Positions 32,060 through 43,044 of a DNA stretch of 64,000 nucleotides are shown piece by piece (position 1 is the stretch's first letter; every line of letters starts with the position of its first letter). This DNA comes from an uncultured Gemmatimonadaceae bacterium (GTDB lineage: Bacteria > Gemmatimonadota > Gemmatimonadetes > Gemmatimonadales > Gemmatimonadaceae). A program made the position numbers and the translations under genes. The notes under the pieces were generated by a model that did no database searches, was not told the origin of the DNA, and was given only the letters and a program-made list of their open reading frames with translations. The stretch lies in the NCBI GenBank assembly GCA_963790305.1, contig CAWBOC010000002.1, positions 64,001-128,000 of the forward strand. Reading direction: 5' to 3'.

Positions 32060-34149
32060 TGCGTTTCCATGCTCTCGCGGTGGCGGCGGCGATGATCTGC
32101 TGCTCCCCTTCGCGCGTGTCGCAATCGCCACCCAATGATCTCGCGGCTCGCGTGACCATCTATCGCGACACGTACGGCATTCCCCACGTGTTCGGCGAGA
32201 CGGACGCCAGCACCATGTTCGGCTTCGCCTACGCGCAGGCGGAAGACAATTTCTGGCGCATCGAGGACAACTACATACGCTCGCTCGGCCGGCGCGCTGA
32301 AGTCGACGGCGAGGACGGCGTGGGCGGCGACCGTCGCAACCACGCGCTCGAGATCCCGCGTCTCGCTCGGGAAGAGTATGCGCGCCTGCCACAACCGATG
32401 CGCGCGCTGCTCGATGCCTTCGCCGCGGGGCTCAACGCGTACCTCGCCGATCATCCCGAGGTGCGTCCGCGAGTGTTGACCCGCTTCGAACCATGGTTTC
32501 CGCTCGCGTACATTCGCTACAACTACTACCAGAGCGGCTTCTTCTGGGGCGCGGGTTTCCGCCCCGCCGACCTCCAGGTTGCGCTGGATGATTCGCTGCT
32601 CGACTCGAAGCATCTCGGATCGAATGGGTGGGTAATCGGTCCGAGCAAGAGCGCGACCGGCCACGCGATGCTGTTCATCAATCCGCATCTGCCGTTCTTC
32701 GGCTACGGCCAGGTCTACGAAGGTCACATCAGGAGCGCCGAAGGCTGGAACTTCACCGGGTACACCCGCCTCGGGTTTCCCTTTCCGTACGTGGGGCATA
32801 ACGAGTCGCTCGGCTGGGTGAGCACCGACAACTCCGCCGATCAGGCCGATCTCTATGCCGAGACGTTCGACGATCCCGCGCGCCCGCTCGCGTATCGCTA
32901 TGGAACGGGCTATCGCCTGGCGACGGCCTGGACCGACACGATCCTGGTGAAGACCGGCACAGGGATGGAGCGGCGGGCCATCACGCTCCGAAAGACGCAT
33001 CACGGGCCCATCCTCGGCATGCGCGATGGCAAACCGCTTGCCCTCAAGATGGCGAAGCTCGAGAGCGACGGCTGGTTAGGCGAGTGGTACGCCATGACCC
33101 GCGCGCGCCGAGTGTCGGAGCTCGAAAACGCAATGCGGCCGCTGAACATGCTGTTCGGCAACGTCATGGCGGCGGACGCGGACGGGAACACCTTCTACCT
33201 CTACAACGCAGCGGTGCCGGTACGCGACCCGCGCTTCGACTGGTCCGGGGCGGTCAATGGCAGCGATCCGGCGACCGAATGGCGCGGCTATCACGCGTTC
33301 GAAGACCTGCCGCAGCTCACCAATCCGCCCACGGGGTGGATGCAGAACTGCAACACGACACCCTTTCTGCTCACGAGCAGCGGCAATCCCGATCCCTCCA
33401 GGTTTCCGCGGTACATGGTGACCGAGGGCGACAACTGGCGCGGGCTCGTTTCCCGCCGGATTCTCGAATCGACGCCCAAGTTCACCTGGGACGGCTGGGT
33501 GCGCGCCGCGTTCGACACGTACGCCATCGCCGCCGATTCGCTATTGCCCGGCTTGCTGCGCGACTTCGCGGCGGACTCCGCACGCAACGGTCGCCTCGCT
33601 TCCGCGATCGACACACTGACGCGTTGGAATCGGCGAAGCGATACCGCCTCGGTCGCGATGACGTTGTTCGATCGCTGGCAGGACGCGCTGCGGCCAGGCA
33701 TAACGAGGCTTGCGGCGCTGGACACCGCGGTGGCTCGCCTGGAGCGTGACTGGGGTACGTGGCGGGTGCGCTGGGGCGAGATCAATCGTCTTCAGCGCGT
33801 CGACGAGCGCGTGGACCAGCAGTTCTCCGACGTCCGGCCCAGCATTCCGGTGATGGGCGCGGGCGGCCAGCACGGGACCGTGTTCACGTATTACGCCGCG
33901 CCCGTGTCCGGCCAGAAGCGGCGGTATGGCGTAGCCGGTGGGTCGTACGTCAGCGTGGTGGAATTCGGTCCGACGGTGCGGCGACTGGCGGTGCACACGA
34001 TGGGCGCCAGCGGGGATCCGCAGTCGCCGCACTACTTCGATCAAGCCCCGTTGTATGCACGCGGCCAGTTCAGGCCGGCGTGGTTTACGCTCGAAGAGAT
34101 CAAGGCAAACCTGGAGCGAGAATACAAACCGAGGCGCTCCGGACAATGA
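32056..34149 (+). CDS. Penicillin acylase family (peptidase S45, Ntn hydrolase)
   Basis: IYRDTYGIPHV, YAQAED, GSNGW (beta-chain Ser), NPHLP, HHGP and SPHYFDQA motifs. Confidence 0.93.
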   Translation: MMRFHALAVAAAMICCSPSRVSQSPPNDLAARVTIYRDTYGIPHVFGETDASTMFGFAYAQAEDNFWRIEDNYIRSLGRRAEVDGEDGVGGDRRNHALEIPRLAREEYARLPQPMRALLDAFAAGLNAYLADHPEVRPRVLTRFEPWFPLAYIRYNYYQSGFFWGAGFRPADLQVALDDSLLDSKHLGSNGWVIGPSKSATGHAMLFINPHLPFFGYGQVYEGHIRSAEGWNFTGYTRLGFPFPYVGHNESLGWVSTDNSADQADLYAETFDDPARPLAYRYGTGYRLATAWTDTILVKTGTGMERRAITLRKTHHGPILGMRDGKPLALKMAKLESDGWLGEWYAMTRARRVSELENAMRPLNMLFGNVMAADADGNTFYLYNAAVPVRDPRFDWSGAVNGSDPATEWRGYHAFEDLPQLTNPPTGWMQNCNTTPFLLTSSGNPDPSRFPRYMVTEGDNWRGLVSRRILESTPKFTWDGWVRAAFDTYAIAADSLLPGLLRDFAADSARNGRLASAIDTLTRWNRRSDTASVAMTLFDRWQDALRPGITRLAALDTAVARLERDWGTWRVRWGEINRLQRVDERVDQQFSDVRPSIPVMGAGGQHGTVFTYYAAPVSGQKRRYGVAGGSYVSVVEFGPTVRRLAVHTMGASGDPQSPHYFDQAPLYARGQFRPAWFTLEEIKANLEREYKPRRSGQ

Positions 34150-34727
34150 AGAAAGTCATCCTGCAGGAGTTCGTGTCGCTCGACGGCCTCGCCGCGGGCC
34201 CGAATGACAGTGTCGACTTCGTCCCCGCGTCCATGCAGGGCGACCAGCGATTCGGTCAACGCCAGACAGAATTTCTCGATTCCATCGACACGATTCTGCT
34301 CGGACGCGTGACATACGAGATGTTCGCGCAGCACTGGCCCAAGGTCACATCAGGACCCGACCAGCCCTTCGCCGACAAGTTGAACGCGATTCCAAAGGTC
34401 GTGTTCTCCAGCACGCTCGACCGAGCGCCGTGGGGCTCATACCCTGACGCCAAGGTCGTGAAGACTGCCGCTGTGAAGGAAGTGGCGAAGCTGAGGCAAG
34501 GATCCGGGAAGGACATGGTGATCTGGGGGAGCATATCGCTCGCGCAGTCACTCATGAACGAAGGGCTGATCGACGAATACCAGTTGGTGGTGTGCCCGCT
34601 GGTCCTCGGAAGAGGACGATCGCTCTTTCCCGAGAAGAACGACGCAGCCAACATGAAGCTGCTCACGACGCAGCCGTTCGACCGCGGTGCGGTTCTCCTC
34701 GCGTACACGGCGGCCAAGACGCGATAG
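34146..34727 (+). CDS. Dihydrofolate reductase-like (RibD C-terminal) protein
   Basis: VSLDG, LLGRVTYE, KVVFSSTL, GSISLAQSL and LIDEYQL.V.P..LG.G motifs. Confidence 0.9.
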   Translation: MKKVILQEFVSLDGLAAGPNDSVDFVPASMQGDQRFGQRQTEFLDSIDTILLGRVTYEMFAQHWPKVTSGPDQPFADKLNAIPKVVFSSTLDRAPWGSYPDAKVVKTAAVKEVAKLRQGSGKDMVIWGSISLAQSLMNEGLIDEYQLVVCPLVLGRGRSLFPEKNDAANMKLLTTQPFDRGAVLLAYTAAKTR

Positions 34728-34741
34728 CGCGGAAACTACCA

Positions 34742-35245
34742 ATGCATTTCTTGACCATCGTGAAGCCTGTCAGCGCAGTCGCGATCTCCCTCCACATCCT
34801 GGGGGCCGCGTGCTCCCCGACATCTCGCGAGTCTCCGAGTGACGCGAACGCCGGCATCGACTCACTGAACGCTCGCCTGGTGCAGGCATATCGTACTCGG
34901 GATCCTCGAGCCTACGGGACGCTGTACACCGACAGCGCGGTGTTCGAATGGCCGGCGTTCAATACGGTTCGAGGCCGCGCCGGGATGGAGGCGATGGCGC
35001 GCAGCAATTGGGCCGCCCTCAACGACATGGACCTGCGGCTGTCTGTTGCGTCTCGGCGCGTCGCATCCGATCACGCCACCGAATTCGGGGCGTTCGAACA
35101 ATCCTGGCGGGACTCCAGTGGCGCGCGCATGGCGGAGTTCGGCCGATACGTGGCCGTTGTCGCCCGCGGCAACGATGGCACGTGGCGGATCGACCGGTTC
35201 TTTGGCTTTTCAGACTCGACCAGGCCCGTGACGGCGAGGCCGTGA
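34742..35245 (+). CDS. NTF2-like (DUF4440) lipoprotein
   Basis: Lipobox LGAAC; LYTDSAV, ATEFG and GRYV.V..R..DGTWRI motifs. Confidence 0.78.
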   Translation: MHFLTIVKPVSAVAISLHILGAACSPTSRESPSDANAGIDSLNARLVQAYRTRDPRAYGTLYTDSAVFEWPAFNTVRGRAGMEAMARSNWAALNDMDLRLSVASRRVASDHATEFGAFEQSWRDSSGARMAEFGRYVAVVARGNDGTWRIDRFFGFSDSTRPVTARP

Positions 35246-35249
35246 GCGC

Positions 35250-37640
35250 CTAACGGAACGGGGGAAACGCGCCGGAGTTCAGCAGGCTCCAACGCTTGTC
35301 CGGCGCATTTCCAGCGTCCTCGTTCGCGATCGGCAACGTGAATAGGAAGCTGCTTCCCTCGCCAGGCTCGCTCTCGACCCAGATCTTTCCGCCGTGGGCT
35401 TCGACGATCCCCTTCGCGATCGCCAGGCCAAGACCAATGCCGCGGTGATCCCGCCGGTTCGCCTGCCAGAACTGTCCGAAGATGTGCGGGAGATGCTCGG
35501 CGGCGATTCCCGGGCCCGTATCACGAACCTCGAATTGCACCGCGCCCTCGGCAGGCCTGCAGCGCAGGACGACGCGGCCTCCTCTCGGTGTGAACTTGAT
35601 CGCGTTGCCGATCAAGTTCGAGAACACCTGCTGTACGCAATGGGGATCGGCCAACACCGGCTCGTCGTCGCCCGCTTCCATGGCGAGATCGACCGAGCTC
35701 GACGTCGCCAGCGATCGCAGCGTCTCGACCGCCTCGACGACGAGTGACTGGGAGGACATGCGACGTGTCTCGATGGCGAGGCGTCCGCTCTCCATGCGCT
35801 TCACATCGAGCAGGTCCTGCACGAGCCGGTTCATCCGTTCGCCAGCGCGTTGCACGATCGACGCGTGACGACGCGTCGGCGAGTCCGGCGGAGCGGAATC
35901 GAGAAGCAGCTCGGCCGCCATGAGCATCGTGTTGAGCGGATTGCGCAAGTCGTGCGCGACGACGCCGAGCATCTGGTCACGCGATCGCGTCGCCTGCTCG
36001 CTCTCGTGATAGAGCCGCGCATTCTCGACCGCGAGCGCGGCCCGCCGCGCGAGCTCCTCCGCCAGCTCGAGGTCCCGCTCATTGTACCGCCGGCTGTCGC
36101 CGGTCGTAAACCACACCACCGCCCCGATGATCTTGTCCGCCACCTTCAACGGGACTGCGGCAACTGATGTCGGCGCCAGGGCGAGAATGACGGCTTCATG
36201 CTCCTTATCGAGAGCATGCTGGGCAATGAGCGTGTTGTCGATCTCGGAGATGAGCGTGGGCTCTCCGTCCATCAGAGCGCGATGCAGATGGGGAACGAGT
36301 CGGCCCTCGCGTACCCACTTCGTGATGTGCTGCAGCAGCGGTTCCTTTTCTGGATCGGCGTGCGCGATGCCAAGGCGCTGCACCGCGCCGTTCCGGTCCA
36401 GGATGTCCACCGTGCAGAAGTCCGCGAACGTCGGCACGGCGAGCTGGGCCAGGTTGGCGAGCGTCGTGTGATAGTCGAACGACGCGCTGAGCAGCCGGCT
36501 CGCGTCAGCGAGAAATTCCGCGCGACGCTGCTCCTCCTCGGCGGCGGAGCGCCGAGTCTGCTCTTCGATGAGCTTGAGCGCGGTGAGCTCGGCCTCGTGC
36601 TGCTCGGTAATGTCCTGTCCCGCGCCAATGATCTGCGCCGGCAGGCCCGCGTCATCCAGGACGACGCGTCCCTCCACATTGAAGACCCGTATCTCATCCG
36701 GCGGACGGACGATACGATGCTTGACCTTGAAGCTCGTCCCTGCCGTAACGGCCGCGTCGATCGTCTCGCGGACCAGGTCGAAGTCATCGGGATGAACGCG
36801 CTGCAAGATCACTCCCGGAGAGAGCCTGGTGTCGGGCTCGAATCCGTATATCCGATACAGCTCGTCGGATCCACGGAGCTCGTTCGTGGCGATGTCCCAC
36901 ACGAAGCTCCCCACGTGTGCGATCGACTGCGCTTCGGCCAGCTGTGCCTCGCGGCTGCGGAGCTCCGCCTCCACGAGCTGCCGCTGGCGAACGTCCTCGC
37001 GCAGCGCCTCTTCCACACGATTGCGGTAGATCGCCGCGCCAAGCGTCGCGGCGGCGGCCCGCAGCGCCGAAATGGTGGCGCGCGCCCACTCGCGGTCGCT
37101 GTCATCGTGCGCGAAGCCGAGAAACCCCCACCAGGCTTCACCCACAAACACAGGGACCACGGCCACCGAGCGAAGCCCGAGTGACTCGAAGTAGGGGCGC
37201 TCGGACGGAGGGAACGAGGACACAGGACCGTCGAAGACGTCGCCATGCTCCAGACCGGCCCAGCGGGCCAGCCCCCTCGAAACCGGGTCGAACTCGGTCC
37301 GGGCGGGATCGTCGCCAAAGGGCTCGAAGCCTGGCGCGACCCACTCATGTTGCATTCGCATCCAGAGCGTGCCCTGGGCGTCCCGATCGGCGGCGAACAG
37401 GTAGACGCGGCTGACTTCCGCCGCGCTGCCCAGCCGGGAGAGCACGTCGCGGATGTCGCTATCCCAGTTGGCGGTTCCCAGGAATCGCGCGGCGGCGTAG
37501 GAGACCGCGTTGAGGATTGCTTCGCGTCGGCGAATCGCCGCCTCGAGACCGAGCACACGCGGGTCGTCCAACGCGCTGAGACTGGGCACCATGAACTCGC
37601 GGGTGACCGATCCCAGGGCGCGCTCCATACTCTCATTCAT
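35250..37640 (-). CDS. Cytoplasmic GAF-PAS-GAF sensor histidine kinase
   Basis: GAF, PAS (VHPDD), GAF, H-box [23 protein letters not shown] and GIGLGL. Confidence 0.93.
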   Translation of the reverse strand: MNESMERALGSVTREFMVPSLSALDDPRVLGLEAAIRRREAILNAVSYAAARFLGTANWDSDIRDVLSRLGSAAEVSRVYLFAADRDAQGTLWMRMQHEWVAPGFEPFGDDPARTEFDPVSRGLARWAGLEHGDVFDGPVSSFPPSERPYFESLGLRSVAVVPVFVGEAWWGFLGFAHDDSDREWARATISALRAAAATLGAAIYRNRVEEALREDVRQRQLVEAELRSREAQLAEAQSIAHVGSFVWDIATNELRGSDELYRIYGFEPDTRLSPGVILQRVHPDDFDLVRETIDAAVTAGTSFKVKHRIVRPPDEIRVFNVEGRVVLDDAGLPAQIIGAGQDITEQHEAELTALKLIEEQTRRSAAEEEQRRAEFLADASRLLSASFDYHTTLANLAQLAVPTFADFCTVDILDRNGAVQRLGIAHADPEKEPLLQHITKWVREGRLVPHLHRALMDGEPTLISEIDNTLIAQHALDKEHEAVILALAPTSVAAVPLKVADKIIGAVVWFTTGDSRRYNERDLELAEELARRAALAVENARLYHESEQATRSRDQMLGVVAHDLRNPLNTMLMAAELLLDSAPPDSPTRRHASIVQRAGERMNRLVQDLLDVKRMESGRLAIETRRMSSQSLVVEAVETLRSLATSSSVDLAMEAGDDEPVLADPHCVQQVFSNLIGNAIKFTPRGGRVVLRCRPAEGAVQFEVRDTGPGIAAEHLPHIFGQFWQANRRDHRGIGLGLAIAKGIVEAHGGKIWVESEPGEGSSFLFTLPIANEDAGNAPDKRWSLLNSGAFPPFR

Positions 37641-37840
37641 GCGAGCCACTCGCGCGCGATGGAGCAGCTATCGCGGTCGCGAGCTCCGGTGAAGGAATCG
37701 GGCGCTGGACGTACTCACATAGTGTAGCGCTTTTCGGGCTCCGGCGCACGCCGAGAAACGGTCTTTTCCATGCAGCAATCGGGGGGTGGGTGGCATCCAA
37801 CAATTCAAACTTTCGTGGCGACTCCTTCGGGGAGGCTTCA

Positions 37841-38218
37841 ATGCACGTTGGACGATTCGCCGTCGCGGCGGCCAGTGTTGGTGTAGTGCTCGGGGTGACC
37901 GTGTTGTTCCAGGGCCGTCCCGCCGCTGCGCAGGCTCAACCGGATGTGGTTCGCGCCCGCTCGATCGAGCTCGTCGACGGTCGAGGTCGCGTGCGCGCGC
38001 AGCTCAACGTCGAGTCCAGTGGCGAGGTCGTGTTCCGACTACGAGACTCCGCGGGCACGATTCGGGTCAAGCTGGGCGCATCGGAGGACGGATCTGGTCT
38101 CCTGCTCGCCAATGAGGCCACGGAGCCGGGCGTGCACATTGTCGCCAACAGACGGGCGACGTCACTGACGGTCCAGCGAGGTGAGCAGAGACGCGTCATC
38201 ACGCCCGAAGCGAGGTAG
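37841..38218 (+). CDS. Secreted hypothetical beta-rich protein
   Basis: GGAGG RBS, signal peptide and VVRARSIELVD..GRVRA.L motif. Confidence 0.7.
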   Translation: MHVGRFAVAAASVGVVLGVTVLFQGRPAAAQAQPDVVRARSIELVDGRGRVRAQLNVESSGEVVFRLRDSAGTIRVKLGASEDGSGLLLANEATEPGVHIVANRRATSLTVQRGEQRRVITPEAR

Positions 38219-38248
38219 TCGAGGTGCTCGAGCACCTCGACCACCTCG
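38211..38248. repeat. Minimal inverted 9-bp repeat palindrome
   Basis: CGAGGTAGTC GAGGTGCTC GAGCACCTC GACCACCTCG; lies between convergent genes and contains the TAG at 38216. Confidence 0.85.
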
Positions 38249-38252
38249 GACT

Positions 38253-39293
38253 TCAGATCGTCGCCGGGACGCTACGCGACGAAATCGCCGCCTCTTCCTC
38301 CGTCATCTCCGCCGGAATGTCGGCAAAGAGCGGCGTGCTGAGATAGCGCTCGCCGGTATCAGGAAGCATGCAGAGAATGCCCGATCCCTTGGGCGCATCG
38401 GCGGCTATCTGGATCGCGCCCGCGAACGTGGCACCGGCCGAGACGCCAACGAAGATCCCTTCCTTTTGCGCGAGCTGACGGCTCCACTTCATCGCCTCGG
38501 GGGCCGGGATCGTGAGAACGCGGTCGACAAACCCCATGTCTACCGCATCTCCAGCGAGCTTGGGGATGAAGTCGGGGCTCCACCCCTGAATCGGGTGCGG
38601 CTTCCAGGACGGATGTCTGGACGCGGGTGATCCGTCGTCCTTCCGTGCCTGCTTCGTCCCGCTGGTGAGCATCGGTGCGTCGGCCGGCTCGCACACGATG
38701 ACCTTCGTCTCGGGACGCTCCTTGTCGAGCACGCGAGCGACGCCCTTGAGCGTGCCGCCGGTCCCGATGCCCGTGACCCAATAGTCCAGGCGCTCTCCAG
38801 CGAAATCCTTCACGATCTCGCGCGCCGTCGTTCGCGAGTGGTAATCGGAGTTCGCCTCGTTCTCGAACTGCCGCGTGAGAAACCAGCCGTTCGCCTCGGC
38901 GAGCTCTACCGCCTTCCGCACCATCCCGGTGCCGCCTTCGGGTGCAGGCGTGAGGATGACCTTGGCGCCGAGGAAGCGCATCAGTCGCCGGCGCTCGACG
39001 CTGAAGCTCTCCGCCATCGTAACGACGAGCGGGTATCCCTTCTGCGCGCACACCATCGCCAACCCGATGCCAGTGTTCCCGCTCGTCGCCTCGATCACCG
39101 TCTGCCCCGGCTTGAGCGCGCCCGTGCGCTCGGCGTCCTCGATCACCCCGAGGGCGAGGCGATCCTTGACGGATCCCAGCGGGTTGAACGCTTCGATCTT
39201 GACGTAGAGGCTGACGTGCGTGGGGGCGAGGCTGTTGATGCGGACGACAGGGGTATTGCCTACGGTTTCGAGGATGTTGGCGAAGCGAGTCAT
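38253..39293 (-). CDS. cysK: Cysteine synthase A
   Basis: NPLGSVKDR (PLP lysine), EATSGNTGIG, GTGGT, HPIQG and PDTGERYLST motifs. Confidence 0.95.
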   Translation of the reverse strand: MTRFANILETVGNTPVVRINSLAPTHVSLYVKIEAFNPLGSVKDRLALGVIEDAERTGALKPGQTVIEATSGNTGIGLAMVCAQKGYPLVVTMAESFSVERRRLMRFLGAKVILTPAPEGGTGMVRKAVELAEANGWFLTRQFENEANSDYHSRTTAREIVKDFAGERLDYWVTGIGTGGTLKGVARVLDKERPETKVIVCEPADAPMLTSGTKQARKDDGSPASRHPSWKPHPIQGWSPDFIPKLAGDAVDMGFVDRVLTIPAPEAMKWSRQLAQKEGIFVGVSAGATFAGAIQIAADAPKGSGILCMLPDTGERYLSTPLFADIPAEMTEEEAAISSRSVPATI

Positions 39294-39364
39294 GGACGCT
39301 CCTCAGGTGTTGGTGCTCGCGATGATGATATTGCTAACCGCAGGCTCAGCGGCCCGGTTCCAGC

Positions 39365-39504
39365 AAGGCGAATGCGGAATGCGGAATGCGGATTGAAAGC
39401 GTAAGACCTTGAAACGTGGAGGGCTCCGAGTCACGGATCGGAGCCCTGCACCTGTACGGTCTTACGCGTTTAATCCGCATTCCGCATTCCGCATTCTCGC
39501 CCTT
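39365..39504. repeat. ~140-bp fold-back with inverted 7-bp repeats (GAATGCG)x3 / (CGCATTC)x3
   Basis: Outer repeat arms plus inner stems GCGTAAGACC/GGTCTTACGC and AGGGCTCCGA/TCGGAGCCCT. Confidence 0.9.
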
Positions 39505-41524
39505 ACGGTGCCTCGGCGACCGCTTCCTTCGGCGTGTACCGCTCGAACCACGACCTGAGGTACAGCTGCGTCCTCATGAAGTTCGACGGCTTCGACGACG
39601 TTCCGTGGTACTCCTCGTTGAAGCGCACCATGGCCGTCGGCACCTTCCGGTACTTCAGCGCCTGATAGTACTCCTCGGTCTGCGAGATCGGCGTCCGCAG
39701 GTCGAGCACTCCCGTCATCAGCATGGTCGGCGTCTTCACGTTGCCGACGTACATGAGGGGGGAGAGCTTGAGGTAGAGCGACGGATCCTCCCACGGCGGA
39801 TTCGGGAAGCGGTTGTATCCCCAGAGGTTGATGTCCGTCGTGCCGGCGAAGCTGAGCCAGTTCGTCACCGGACAGTTGGCTGACGCCGCCGCGAAGCGAT
39901 CGGTGTGGCCGACGATCCACGAGGTAAGCACGCCGCCGCCGCTGCAGCCGTACACGAACATTTTCTTCGCGTCGATGTAGCCGCGGCCGAGCAGGGTGTC
40001 GACCGAGGCCATCAGATCGTCGTAGTCCTTGCTCGGATAGGCATGCTTGATCGCGTTACCGAATGCGCTCCCGTAGCCCGTGCTGCCCCTCGGATTCGTG
40101 TACAGCACGACGTAGCCGTTCGCCGCGTGCTCCTGCCATCCGAAGTTGAATCCGACGTTGTACATCGCGTGTGGTCCGCCATGAATCACCAGCATCATGG
40201 GGTATTTGCGGCGCGGATCGAAGTCGGGCGGCTTGACGACCCATCCCTGAATGCGATAGTCGTCCAGCGACTTGACCCACAGCTCCTCGACGGCGCCTAA
40301 CGTCTTGCCGGCGAGCACATCCTCGTTGACGCTCGTCAGGCGGCGAATCGCCCCGGGCGTCTTGAGCGCGAAGGTGACGACGTCGGTCGGGGCCTGGAAG
40401 CTGCTCTGCAGCCCGACCGCGGTCGCGCCGCGAATGTCGGTAATGGTGAGGAGGTGCGCTCCGGTCGTGATGGCGCGCGGCTCGCCACGGAGCGGCGCGA
40501 ACCAGAGGTTGCGCGAGCCCTTGTCCTCGACCGTGAAGTAGATCCCGGAGCCATCGCCCGCCCACTCGAGCTGCATTGGCGAGCGGTCGAGCGACGCGGT
40601 CAGCGCGCGCGGGCTCGAGCCGTCGGCGTTCATCACGTAGAGGGTTGCGTCACGCCAGGTGTCGTCCGTCCAGTCGAAGCCGGTGTAGGCGATCAGCCGT
40701 CCATCGGGGGAGACGACGGGGTCACCGTCGGGACCCTTCCGGGTGGTGAGCTGCTTCACCTCACCCGAGGCAACGTCCACCGCGTAGACTTCGCTCTCGT
40801 TGAACTGGTAGTCCGCGTCCGGATCGCGAAGCGCGCCGAACACGAGTCGGCGGCCGTCCGGGCTCCAGCGCCCCGGGCCGTGCTCGAAGTCCCCGCTCGT
40901 GAGCTGCCGAGGGGTTCCTCCATCAGCGGGGACGATGAAGAGGTGACGATATCCGTCGTCGACGTAGCCCTGCCTATCGAGCCGGTAGCGGAATCGAGTG
41001 ACGACCCGCGGCGGCTCCGTCCATTTCGCCCCCTTGGGCGCGGCGGGCATCCCAATGTCCCACTTCTCCTTGCTGAGCACGAGCATGCGGAACGCGAGGG
41101 ACTTCCCGTCGGGCGACCACTCGAGGTCGGCCGGCGACTCGGTCACGCGAGTGAGCTGCGATGTCCCGCCTTCGGCATCCATCCATCGAACGAACAGCTG
41201 CGTTCCGCTGGGCTCGCCCTTGGCGAGGTACGCGAGGCGGGTCCCATCGGGCGACCATTTGGGGCTCGATCCGTTGACGAGGAAGCGATTCCGCGACCCG
41301 TCGGCGTTCATGATCCACAGCGAGGCTTCCCACTTGTCGTTGAGCTTGTCGACCCAGCGGCGCGTGTAAATGACCTGACGCCCGTCGGGTGAGAGCTGTG
41401 GGTCTGCGACATCCTCCCACTCCAGATAGTCGGCGAGCGCGAGTCGCTTGGCCGGCGCTTGCGCGGCGAGGGAGGCGGCAACGACGAAGGACGCGAGGAA
41501 CGCGGTGAGACGAAGGGTAGGCAC
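39503..41524 (-). CDS. S9 family peptidase (prolyl oligopeptidase/acylaminoacyl peptidase)
   Basis: Signal peptide, WSPDG propeller repeats, IHGGPH, NPRGS, GCSGGG (Ser), DLRT (Asp) and EYHG (His). Confidence 0.93.
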   Translation of the reverse strand: MPTLRLTAFLASFVVAASLAAQAPAKRLALADYLEWEDVADPQLSPDGRQVIYTRRWVDKLNDKWEASLWIMNADGSRNRFLVNGSSPKWSPDGTRLAYLAKGEPSGTQLFVRWMDAEGGTSQLTRVTESPADLEWSPDGKSLAFRMLVLSKEKWDIGMPAAPKGAKWTEPPRVVTRFRYRLDRQGYVDDGYRHLFIVPADGGTPRQLTSGDFEHGPGRWSPDGRRLVFGALRDPDADYQFNESEVYAVDVASGEVKQLTTRKGPDGDPVVSPDGRLIAYTGFDWTDDTWRDATLYVMNADGSSPRALTASLDRSPMQLEWAGDGSGIYFTVEDKGSRNLWFAPLRGEPRAITTGAHLLTITDIRGATAVGLQSSFQAPTDVVTFALKTPGAIRRLTSVNEDVLAGKTLGAVEELWVKSLDDYRIQGWVVKPPDFDPRRKYPMMLVIHGGPHAMYNVGFNFGWQEHAANGYVVLYTNPRGSTGYGSAFGNAIKHAYPSKDYDDLMASVDTLLGRGYIDAKKMFVYGCSGGGVLTSWIVGHTDRFAAASANCPVTNWLSFAGTTDINLWGYNRFPNPPWEDPSLYLKLSPLMYVGNVKTPTMLMTGVLDLRTPISQTEEYYQALKYRKVPTAMVRFNEEYHGTSSKPSNFMRTQLYLRSWFERYTPKEAVAEAP

Positions 41525-41587
41525 GGGAGCCCCGGGAGAAGGGAGGTATCTATTCTGGCTCACGGGCGCCATTCGCGCTACTCTCGA

Positions 41588-41692
41588 GAGGTCGTCGAGG
41601 ATGTCGAGGTGGTCGAGGTAATCGAGGTGCAAAACGCATCGCATTCCAGCAGATTCAGCCCCTTGGCCACCTCGACCACCTCGACCACCTCG
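41588..41692. repeat. Inverted tandem-repeat hairpin: (GAGGTGGTC-like)x~4.5, loop, (GACCACCTC)x3
   Basis: Read directly; the right arm lies within the apparent 5' end of the amine oxidase CDS. Confidence 0.88.
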
Positions 41693-43015
41693 GCGCTCGA
41701 CGTCGCGATCGTCGGCGCTGGCGTCGCAGGGCTTGCGGCGATGCGCCTGCTCGAGGAGCGGGGAATTCGCACCTGCGTTCTCGAGGCGCGCGACCGCATT
41801 GGCGGGCGCATTTACACCGTTCGAGACCCGCGGCTGGCGCATCCCTTGGAGCTGGGGGCGGAGTTCGTCCACGGCAGCGCCCCGGAGCTGCTCGAAATTG
41901 CGCGCGACGCACGCCTGCTCCTCTACGCCGTCGAAGGCGAGCGATGGCGCTCCCGGCGCGGCCGACTATCGCACCTCGATGATTTCTGGGAACAGCTTCA
42001 GACGATCAGCAGGCATCTCGACGCCAGGAGATCAGACCGCCCATTTGCCGAATTCCTCGGCGATGCACCGGGCGGGCGGGGTGCGGCAGATGCTCGATCG
42101 CTGACTCGAGCGTTCGTGGAAGGCTTTCACGCCGCGGACGTTCGGAGGATTGGCACCAAGGCGCTGGCCGACGGCGGTATTCCGAGCGATGAAGAGGAGC
42201 AGCGCCAGCTTCGAGTGGGGGACGGCTACGACCGTGTTCCTGAATGGCTGGCGAGTGGACTACGCGATCGCATTGCCACGAACGCGGTCGTCGAGCGGAT
42301 CGACTGGGAAGAAGACCGTGTGGAGATCTCGGTTCGTCGAGGCAACGAGCCTGCCACGACCGTCGCTGCTCGCGCCGCGATTATCACTGTCCCGCTCGGC
42401 GTTCTGCTCGCGGCGGCGGGGGAGCCCGGAGCGATCACGCTCTCGCCAGCACCACCGGTCGTCGCTCGCATTCGCGACTGCCTGACGATGGGAAGCGTGA
42501 CACGCGTCGTCTTTCTCTTTCGGGAGCGCTGGTGGACCGATCGCCCGCGCGGCGACTCGCTCGAATCCATGAGCTTCCTGCACGGCGATTCAGGAGACGT
42601 GGAGGTCTGGTGGTCGCTGCATCCGGCCCGCGTGCCGGTACTGGTCGGATGGGCGGGGGGACCGGCCGGCCTGCGACTGGCCGGTCGGGACCCAGCCGAA
42701 ATCCAGGATCGCGCGCTCGCGGCCCTGGCGAAGAATCTTGGGGTCTCGCGTCGCCGAGTTTCCGCGCAGGTCGAGGCATTCTGGACGCATGATTGGCAGA
42801 ACGACCCCTTCTCGCGGGGCGCGTACAGCTACGCACTCGTCGGGGGCTCTGAATCGGCGGCGCAACTCGCGCGCCCGATCAAGGGTACGCTGTGGTTCGC
42901 GGGGGAGGCGGTGGATCCGGAAGGGAGAAACGGCACCGTGCACGGCGCAATCGGCAGCGGGCGGCGCGCCGCGCAGTCATTGCTGCGCGCCCTCGAGCGC
43001 GCGAGCCCGCGCTAG
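41663..43015 (+). CDS. Flavin monoamine oxidase family FAD-dependent oxidoreductase
   Basis: DVAIVGAGVAG, LEARDRIGGR, ELGAEFVHG and FAGEA..GTVHGA motifs; start uncertain (TTG 41663 or GTG 41627). Confidence 0.9.
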   Translation: MATSTTSTTSALDVAIVGAGVAGLAAMRLLEERGIRTCVLEARDRIGGRIYTVRDPRLAHPLELGAEFVHGSAPELLEIARDARLLLYAVEGERWRSRRGRLSHLDDFWEQLQTISRHLDARRSDRPFAEFLGDAPGGRGAADARSLTRAFVEGFHAADVRRIGTKALADGGIPSDEEEQRQLRVGDGYDRVPEWLASGLRDRIATNAVVERIDWEEDRVEISVRRGNEPATTVAARAAIITVPLGVLLAAAGEPGAITLSPAPPVVARIRDCLTMGSVTRVVFLFRERWWTDRPRGDSLESMSFLHGDSGDVEVWWSLHPARVPVLVGWAGGPAGLRLAGRDPAEIQDRALAALAKNLGVSRRRVSAQVEAFWTHDWQNDPFSRGAYSYALVGGSESAAQLARPIKGTLWFAGEAVDPEGRNGTVHGAIGSGRRAAQSLLRALERASPR

Positions 43016-43044
43016 TCCCCACGTGCGCTGATTATCATCCAACC

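Noticed and set aside
41459..41872. Long N-terminal extensions of the S9 peptidase and amine oxidase ORFs that overlap each other
   Set aside because: The frames stay open through the 9-bp repeats; the S9 signal peptide starts at 41524.
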